Assembly (NCBI GenBank): GCA_963735035.1
Contig: CAVTJJ010000004.1
Coordinates: forward strand, 256,001-320,000
Length of the DNA stretch: 64,000 nt
DNA from: an uncultured candidate division Zixibacteria bacterium
GTDB taxonomy: Bacteria > Zixibacteria > MSB-5A5 > GN15 > FEB-12
Direction: 5' to 3'
Shown: one piece after another, positions 58,488 to 64,000 of the stretch
Layout: each line of letters opens with the position of its first letter
Numbering within the stretch: position 1 is the first letter of the stretch
Translations under genes and position numbers: made by a program
Notes under the pieces: model-generated
Told to the model about the DNA's origin: nothing
The model's database searches: none
What the model saw: only the letters and a program-made list of their open reading frames with translations

Positions 58488-60761
58488 CTAGTTGGGCATG
58501 CCGCCCTCCGCGCTGATCCCGTACCGTTTCAGCTTGGTTCTCACGGTCGCTTCATGGACGCCGAGGATGCGAGCCGCCTCGCTCTTGTTACCGCCGGCCG
58601 CCAGAAGCGCTTCGGTAATCAACTGCCGCTCGAATTGTTCGACACGTTCAAACAGGCCACCGGCATTGTCGGCCGCGTGGTCGGGAGCCAGAATCGACCG
58701 GGCTACTTCGTGCCACTGACCTTCAGCCACCGACTGTGACATTATTGAAAGCCGATTGACGACATTGTCTAGCTCGCGAACGTTGCCGGGCCAATCATGA
58801 CCAACGAACTGCTGCACCAATTCCGGCGCCGGTTTCTGTCCCGGCTTGAGCAGCCCACGATGAATCATGAAGTGCTCCAGCAGCAGAGGGATGTCTTCCT
58901 TGCGCGAGCGCAGTGACGGAAGATGCAGGGTGATCCCGCTCAGTCGGTAGTAGAGGTCCCGACGGAACGTGCCCTGTTCCACCATCGCTTCGAGATCGCG
59001 GTTGGTGGCCGCCACCACGATGATATCAATCTCGACCTGCTTGGTGCTTCCCAGCGGTGTTACGCGCCGTGATTCCAGTACGCCGAGCAGTTTCGCCTGG
59101 AGCGACAACGGCATTTCGCCGATCTCGTCGAACAAGAAAACGCCGCCGTTAGCCGATTCGAGCAGACCTTTCTTATTGTGGTCCGCTCCGGTGAAGGCGC
59201 CTCTGTGGTAACCGAACAGTTCCGATTCGAGCAGCGTCTCGGGCACCGAGGCGCAGTTGATCGCCACGTACGGTCCACTGGGTCGAACCTGCGAGTGATA
59301 GTACCTCGCCAGGTGATCCTTGCCGACACCCGTCTCGCCCGTAATAAGCACCGGCAAATCGGAGCGATTCAAGAGCGGCAGTTGCTTCTTGATTCGCTCG
59401 ATAATCGGAGACTGAGTGAGATATTCATGCTCGCCGGGGGTCGGAGAGGATTCGTGCGTCTGCTGTGTGACCTTAGCCAGACGGCCGATTTCGTTGGCCA
59501 GCCGGCTGACCTCGTCCTGTTTCGACTTGATCCGACACCGGGAGTAGAATTCTTCGGCCCTGAACAGATAAGTCAGGCGTTGTTGGTCGGAGAACGCTTC
59601 GGAGGCTCCGGCCGCAATCAACGCTTCGGCCTTGGCCCATCGAACACCCGATTCGGCCAGAATGTCGATAGCCTTCTGGAACAACTGACGGGCTTCAACC
59701 GCCTGTCGTTCACTCACCGGACGGGCTTCACCCATAGCCACCTGAGCCATGATCTTCTTGAGCGCGCCGAGTTCGAGTTTCTCGTCGGAGCGTTCCATGA
59801 TAACCGTGGCTCGCGCCGCCATCTTCTGAGCTTGACGATAGTCGCCGGTGCGCACGGCCAGTTCGGCCAGATGACGCATTACCCGGCCGGACAGCGAGGT
59901 GCCTGAACCAAGAAGTTCCGCTTTCTCGAAAGCGCGTCTCAGGGTCAGGGCCGACTGCGCGAAGTCGGCAATGCGATAGTTCAGCTCACCCAGATAAGTC
60001 AGGTAACTGACTTCATCACGCGGCGAGTTGACCACCGTGAGCAAAACGCCGGCCTGGTTGAATTCCGCCTCGGCCTTGTCATACTCTGCCTGCTGCAGGT
60101 AGACGTATCCGAGAGATAGATGGGCGCGAAGCGTATTGAGATCGTCACCCAGTTCACCGGACATCTGGATATTGATCCGGAGATGTTTCTCCGCTTCAAT
60201 GAAATCACCCATGAACATATATATGCGGCCGATGTTGCCCATCATGAAAGCCAGCTTGCGCGGGTTATCGAGCCGTCGGGCGATTTCGACCGCATCCATC
60301 AGCACCGCCAGAGCGTTACGGTAGTCGGTCTGTCGGAGATACAGTCCGGCCAGACGATTCAGTGCCCGGCTCTGACCTTCGGGACAATCATATCTTCTGA
60401 AAATCGATTCCGCGTCGCGGTACGCCTTCTGTGCTTCAACAAGTTCACCCCTGTCTCGCAGGATACCTCCCAGGGTAACGAAGACCTCGGCCAGCATCAA
60501 CGAGTCGCCGGCGCGGGTAACGATAGCCTGGGCAGTCCGTGCCACCTTCAAGGCAGCTGTCAGATTGGTGAGGGAAGCATAAGCCCGAGCCGCCAGATGC
60601 AGGATTTCTCCTACTTCGGCTGCTCCGGCTTCAGTGTCTATCTGGCTCTGTTGAGCCTCATAGCACTGCACGGCGCCGACAAAGTCTTGCCTGGCCAGCA
60701 TCGCCCGCATGTGGGCGGCCGCCGAAACGCAGAACGTCTTGTCTACGTCGTGTTGGCTCAT
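58488..60761 (-). CDS. TPR-domain sigma54-dependent activator (bEBP) with Fis HTH
   Basis: About 430 aa of TPR-like helices; GETGVGKD, ESELFG..GAFTGA, FLFDEIGE, WPGNVREL, GNKSEAARILG. Confidence 0.92.
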   Translation of the reverse strand: MSQHDVDKTFCVSAAAHMRAMLARQDFVGAVQCYEAQQSQIDTEAGAAEVGEILHLAARAYASLTNLTAALKVARTAQAIVTRAGDSLMLAEVFVTLGGILRDRGELVEAQKAYRDAESIFRRYDCPEGQSRALNRLAGLYLRQTDYRNALAVLMDAVEIARRLDNPRKLAFMMGNIGRIYMFMGDFIEAEKHLRINIQMSGELGDDLNTLRAHLSLGYVYLQQAEYDKAEAEFNQAGVLLTVVNSPRDEVSYLTYLGELNYRIADFAQSALTLRRAFEKAELLGSGTSLSGRVMRHLAELAVRTGDYRQAQKMAARATVIMERSDEKLELGALKKIMAQVAMGEARPVSERQAVEARQLFQKAIDILAESGVRWAKAEALIAAGASEAFSDQQRLTYLFRAEEFYSRCRIKSKQDEVSRLANEIGRLAKVTQQTHESSPTPGEHEYLTQSPIIERIKKQLPLLNRSDLPVLITGETGVGKDHLARYYHSQVRPSGPYVAINCASVPETLLESELFGYHRGAFTGADHNKKGLLESANGGVFLFDEIGEMPLSLQAKLLGVLESRRVTPLGSTKQVEIDIIVVAATNRDLEAMVEQGTFRRDLYYRLSGITLHLPSLRSRKEDIPLLLEHFMIHRGLLKPGQKPAPELVQQFVGHDWPGNVRELDNVVNRLSIMSQSVAEGQWHEVARSILAPDHAADNAGGLFERVEQFERQLITEALLAAGGNKSEAARILGVHEATVRTKLKRYGISAEGGMPN

Positions 60762-61123
60762 TACTTCTCCCTTCTAAGAGGCAGGAAATGCTTCCGGCTC
60801 GAGATAACCGCGGATGAACTCTTGTCCGCCACGTCGGTATTTGACAAAGTCGCCGATTGAGGTGTGCGCGCCGGACTGATCAAAGTGGCGATAAGCACAT
60901 CAATTATTGGGATTCCGGTCAGAACCGTGACTCTGAAAGTCTTGGTGCCGCCGCCGCCGATGACTTCGTCATCGCCCCAGGGATGATCGCCATCCACGAC
61001 CGTACCGCCGCCGGTGCCGGGTTGGTCTAAGCCCTCGCCCCGCATGATGCCTGCATTGAGAGGCATAGCTGAGGCGACTACTAGTACCAGTATCAGGACC
61101 AGTACCGAGTAAACGTGTTTCAT
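60761..61123 (-). CDS. Small secreted protein / putative pre-peptide with GDHPWG motif
   Basis: AAGGAG RBS; signal peptide; Gly-flanked DGDHPWGDDE; TAATG coupling to the bEBP gene. Confidence 0.7.
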   Translation of the reverse strand: MKHVYSVLVLILVLVVASAMPLNAGIMRGEGLDQPGTGGGTVVDGDHPWGDDEVIGGGGTKTFRVTVLTGIPIIDVLIATLISPARTPQSATLSNTDVADKSSSAVISSRKHFLPLRREK

Positions 61124-61241
61124 GACACACTCCTTGGTATGAGTAGTTAGTGTAACTTTTTCTTCAAGTCGTCCGCCGAATGCAGTCAGTCACTGGTGGC
61201 GGCCGTGAGGGGATGGGTAAAACGTCATTCCGGTCACACTT

Positions 61242-61270
61242 AGGATAGCTTATTGCAAAGCGCTTGTCAA
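61242..61270 (-). promoter_or_regulatory. sigma70 promoter of the peptide/bEBP operon
   Basis: Minus strand TTGACA-N17-TATCCT. Confidence 0.7.
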
Positions 61271-61425
61271 TCAAAATGTTAAGGCTCGGAAGTTTGTTGT
61301 TAGCGGATGCCGTGCGCCGAAAATAGCAAGTCGCAGGATATCGGTGATCAGCGCTACGATTATATATCCTTAGAACAGATCAAAGTAGAACCCTTTGTAG
61401 ATGTTCAAAGAGTTCATACCGGAAA

Positions 61426-62367
61426 CTAAGAATGAATCAGAACCAATTGTACACAATCCGGTTCATCTTTGGGGTCACAATAGTGAAACTCGACCCTTAC
61501 AAATGCGCCGACAGGCCGGTTGTCCTTGATCTTGGGGCTAAACACCCAACTAGGTAAGACTGCCGTAAGGTTCTTCGCAAAACCGTACTCTCGTGGCTCT
61601 TCCTTGATGACAAGGTACTGGCAAGTATTGACTACCTCGTTTGAGTCGACAAAGAACCGCAACCGGGCGCTCTTACCATCCTTCATGACAAAGTCGAGGA
61701 AGAATCCGGACGAGTCACTCAGAGGCTGTGATACCGCGGCATATGGCCTCATGGCGCCCGTCGAATCGACGTACATAAGTACTTCGACGAATCCTCCCCG
61801 GTTATTCTCCAAGGCCATAAAGGGAATTTTCGGCGGAGTCTTGGCAATGACCTCGATTTCCCGATTCACCACCCTCCTGGGCAAGGCGTCGACATCATCA
61901 GGCAAGAAGTCCGCAGTCTCGGGAGAGAACTCGCCAGACTCGGTATCGATATCGATTTGCGAATAGGACAAGTTCGTATCCACATTGATTCGGGCTTGTA
62001 AGTGAGGAATTACCTTTGACGGTTTCACTTTCGCCAGCATCGGAACATCGGGAATGATCGTGTACCCCCTGAATCCCGCGAAACCCTTATGCTGTTTCTC
62101 ATACGGATTAAGTCCGTTTGACTGACGGGCTGCTGTGAAAGCGCCATCGTCTGGCACAGCTACTTGGACAGTCAGGTCAGGTTGCGCACTCTTAGACACA
62201 ACCTCGTCGCGGAGTTGTAGCGGCCCAAGATACTTGATACCTACTGCAACCACGAGCGCAAGCCCGGTTACTATCCCCAGCGCCATAAGCATGTTCCGCT
62301 GGTATTTCTCCTTCAGTTCGAACCCAATGGCAGAAAACGAATTGTTCTGCAAGTCAAGTGTCTCCAA
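61426..62367 (-). CDS. Divergent TonB-like membrane protein
   Basis: GFELKEKYQRN+TM resembles the Bacteroidota TonB N-terminus; PKIP..A....GFVEV..VD..G and W.FSP.I.D.RPV resemble TonB_C. Confidence 0.55.
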   Translation of the reverse strand: METLDLQNNSFSAIGFELKEKYQRNMLMALGIVTGLALVVAVGIKYLGPLQLRDEVVSKSAQPDLTVQVAVPDDGAFTAARQSNGLNPYEKQHKGFAGFRGYTIIPDVPMLAKVKPSKVIPHLQARINVDTNLSYSQIDIDTESGEFSPETADFLPDDVDALPRRVVNREIEVIAKTPPKIPFMALENNRGGFVEVLMYVDSTGAMRPYAAVSQPLSDSSGFFLDFVMKDGKSARLRFFVDSNEVVNTCQYLVIKEEPREYGFAKNLTAVLPSWVFSPKIKDNRPVGAFVRVEFHYCDPKDEPDCVQLVLIHS

Positions 62368-62443
62368 TTAGCGGAGTATTCTACAGGGGTCCGTACAAAT
62401 CGCGTACGAACCCCCATTGACTCAACCCACGATCAGCAGGTTG

Positions 62444-62644
62444 CTACCACCATTCGTTGACGGTAATAGTCAAGAACTCTTGCATATCTACTGCTGCACA
62501 CCGTGTTCCCCACCAGGCGCAGTCAAACGCGGTGATGCATGTCCTGTAACGATCACAGGCCACCTGGAACGCACCTGCCGACGCCGGGATCATCGCGAGC
62601 ACGAACGCCAGCACCAGCGTCATCGCAACAATTTTTTTCAGCAC
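62444..62644 (-). CDS. Small secreted Cys-containing peptide
   Basis: AAGGAG RBS, GTG start, signal peptide ending AGA, 4 Cys in the mature part. Confidence 0.65.
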   Translation of the reverse strand: MLKKIVAMTLVLAFVLAMIPASAGAFQVACDRYRTCITAFDCAWWGTRCAAVDMQEFLTITVNEWW

Positions 62645-62755
62645 TTGGTCATCTCCTTTCTTTGTTAGCGGTGAAGGGTTGTCCTACCGATAGTGTGAGG
62701 CCAACGGTAGGTATTTCTCCATGGTATGTCATAATTACTGTGATGTTAATTCCAC

Positions 62756-63316
62756 CTATCCGATCCTGGGCATGTTCTTGCTGAGGTACGCGTACCAACT
62801 TACAATCTCATCCCGCAAGACTGTCACTTGAAAATCCGTTGGATTGATAACGAACCGAACCAAATGAAAATTGCCAGATTGCTCACAACCACACTCCAGG
62901 CGCGCATCAAGGAAGATAAGCACCAGGGCCGAATCAAGGGGCAGCGCGGAGTCGGATATTTGTAGATCAGGGCGAAGGGCCAGCATTTCGAATCCGGCCG
63001 GAGCATTATTTGACTTCCTGAGCCCGATTGCCATCAAGGAATCACTCACTCGCCTAATACAATTATTGATTTGAAGGGCGAAAACCTCATTGTAGCTGAC
63101 CTGTGAATACTGAGGCATGGCCGGCGATAGCGCTACTGGGTTCACAGTCGTATGCGCCGAAAGATACTCGGCTTCAAACGCCCGATAGTACCTCGGACCC
63201 GCATCTATCAGGCCTATCATGAGCAAGAGGCCCACTGTAACAAAGAGTTTCCCCCCAAACCCTGATCGCCAAAATGACAACAGGTCCCGCAAAAAACGAC
63301 GGGCAATTGAGAACAT
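62756..63316 (-). CDS. Hypothetical membrane-anchored protein
   Basis: GGAGG RBS; one TM helix; directly follows the upstream ORF. Confidence 0.55.
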   Translation of the reverse strand: MFSIARRFLRDLLSFWRSGFGGKLFVTVGLLLMIGLIDAGPRYYRAFEAEYLSAHTTVNPVALSPAMPQYSQVSYNEVFALQINNCIRRVSDSLMAIGLRKSNNAPAGFEMLALRPDLQISDSALPLDSALVLIFLDARLECGCEQSGNFHLVRFVINPTDFQVTVLRDEIVSWYAYLSKNMPRIG

Positions 63317-63318
63317 GG

Positions 63319-63999
63319 TTACCTCCCTTTCATTCCAATTTGCTCACTGGCTGCCCGTTCTAGTTCTTCGATCTGCTTTCTGGCGGCCCACTGGGATACC
63401 ACCGTCATCTGGGACTGATCGACTACCTCAAGACAAACGAGCAAACCCGACTCAGTCACATTGAGCACTCTCTTTCGGCCAATGTTGGTTCGCTGAACGC
63501 CCGGAGTGGGCAGACACGGGTAAAATCCTTCGTCGAGAACTATTTGCCTGACAGTCGAACCGAACTGCTCAGCGGTCTGCTCGACCAGACTCCTGGCGCA
63601 CTCCTTGTCACGATTCATCAATTGTATCGTAACGAGATTGGTTGGTAATTCTTTCGGTGACTCCACCTGAAGAAGACTCGAGGTGTCAACGTAGACAAAC
63701 GTCCCGGAATCCAAGTTGATCCGGAACACAGCGGTATCTTCACCGAGAATGACGCGTAAAGGGAATGGCTTAGTGGGAAACCAAATTCGCGCTTCGTGAG
63801 CAACTCTGCTACGAGACCGCAGCCTTAGAATCACTAGTGTGTCCGACTCGCTATGCTCGAAGCCCATCATAGAATAGTGACTCAGTATGTCGAAAGTCCA
63901 CTTTCCGGTGTAACCCATACCTTCATCTTGCGGTTCGCAATCCTGATAGAACAAGAATGCAAAAGGCCTGATATTCCTCGGCGGCTTTCTGGATGGGTT
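63319..63999 (-). CDS. Hypothetical protein, 5' end outside the window
   Basis: Frame stays open to the window edge; its stop lies just before the next gene's start. Confidence 0.5.
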   Translation of the reverse strand, partial: NPSRKPPRNIRPFAFLFYQDCEPQDEGMGYTGKWTFDILSHYSMMGFEHSESDTLVILRLRSRSRVAHEARIWFPTKPFPLRVILGEDTAVFRINLDSGTFVYVDTSSLLQVESPKELPTNLVTIQLMNRDKECARSLVEQTAEQFGSTVRQIVLDEGFYPCLPTPGVQRTNIGRKRVLNVTESGLLVCLEVVDQSQMTVVSQWAARKQIEELERAASEQIGMKGR

Positions 64000-64000
64000 A

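Overview
Bacterial chromosomal window, moderately GC-rich. The secreted proteins with FlgD/'PNPFN'-type C-terminal domains, the TPR-sigma54 regulator and the Bacteroidota-like TonB suggest an FCB-group organism such as Zixibacteria; this is inference only. About 0.2-42 kb is a dispersed exopolysaccharide/surface-glycan locus. It holds GT2/GT4 glycosyltransferases, a Wzy/O-antigen-ligase-like protein, a Wzc-like protein, ugd and an epimerase. It also carries the exosortase-type accessory set (hydrolase 1/2, acyl-CoA ligase, ACP, AsnB, NadE paralog, CapK-like ligase, Asp racemase), with three large secreted proteins interleaved. 42-48.7 kb is a TetR-TolC-HlyD-ABC efflux operon, followed by bcp, a TIGR01777 oxidoreductase and small genes. 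The right end holds the most unusual features: (i) a promoter- and terminator-bounded, highly structured ~300-nt candidate ncRNA; (ii) a tdh-acpS-acs-acp-kbl operon suggesting ACP-tethered acetyl/glycine/threonine chemistry; (iii) a lone BMC shell gene; (iv) a secreted 'DHPW' pre-peptide translationally coupled to a TPR-AAA+ sigma54 activator, followed by a terminator, a palindromic candidate UAS and a perfect -24/-12 promoter, which together suggest a peptide-signalling circuit. Intergenic regions are filled with several REP/MITE-like palindrome families. One copy sits in-frame inside a gene, one is flanked by a 31-bp duplication and one is nested in another repeat. Five +1 frameshifts cluster at 16.1-19.4 kb and are probably sequence errors. 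No rRNA, tRNA, CRISPR array or transposase was seen.
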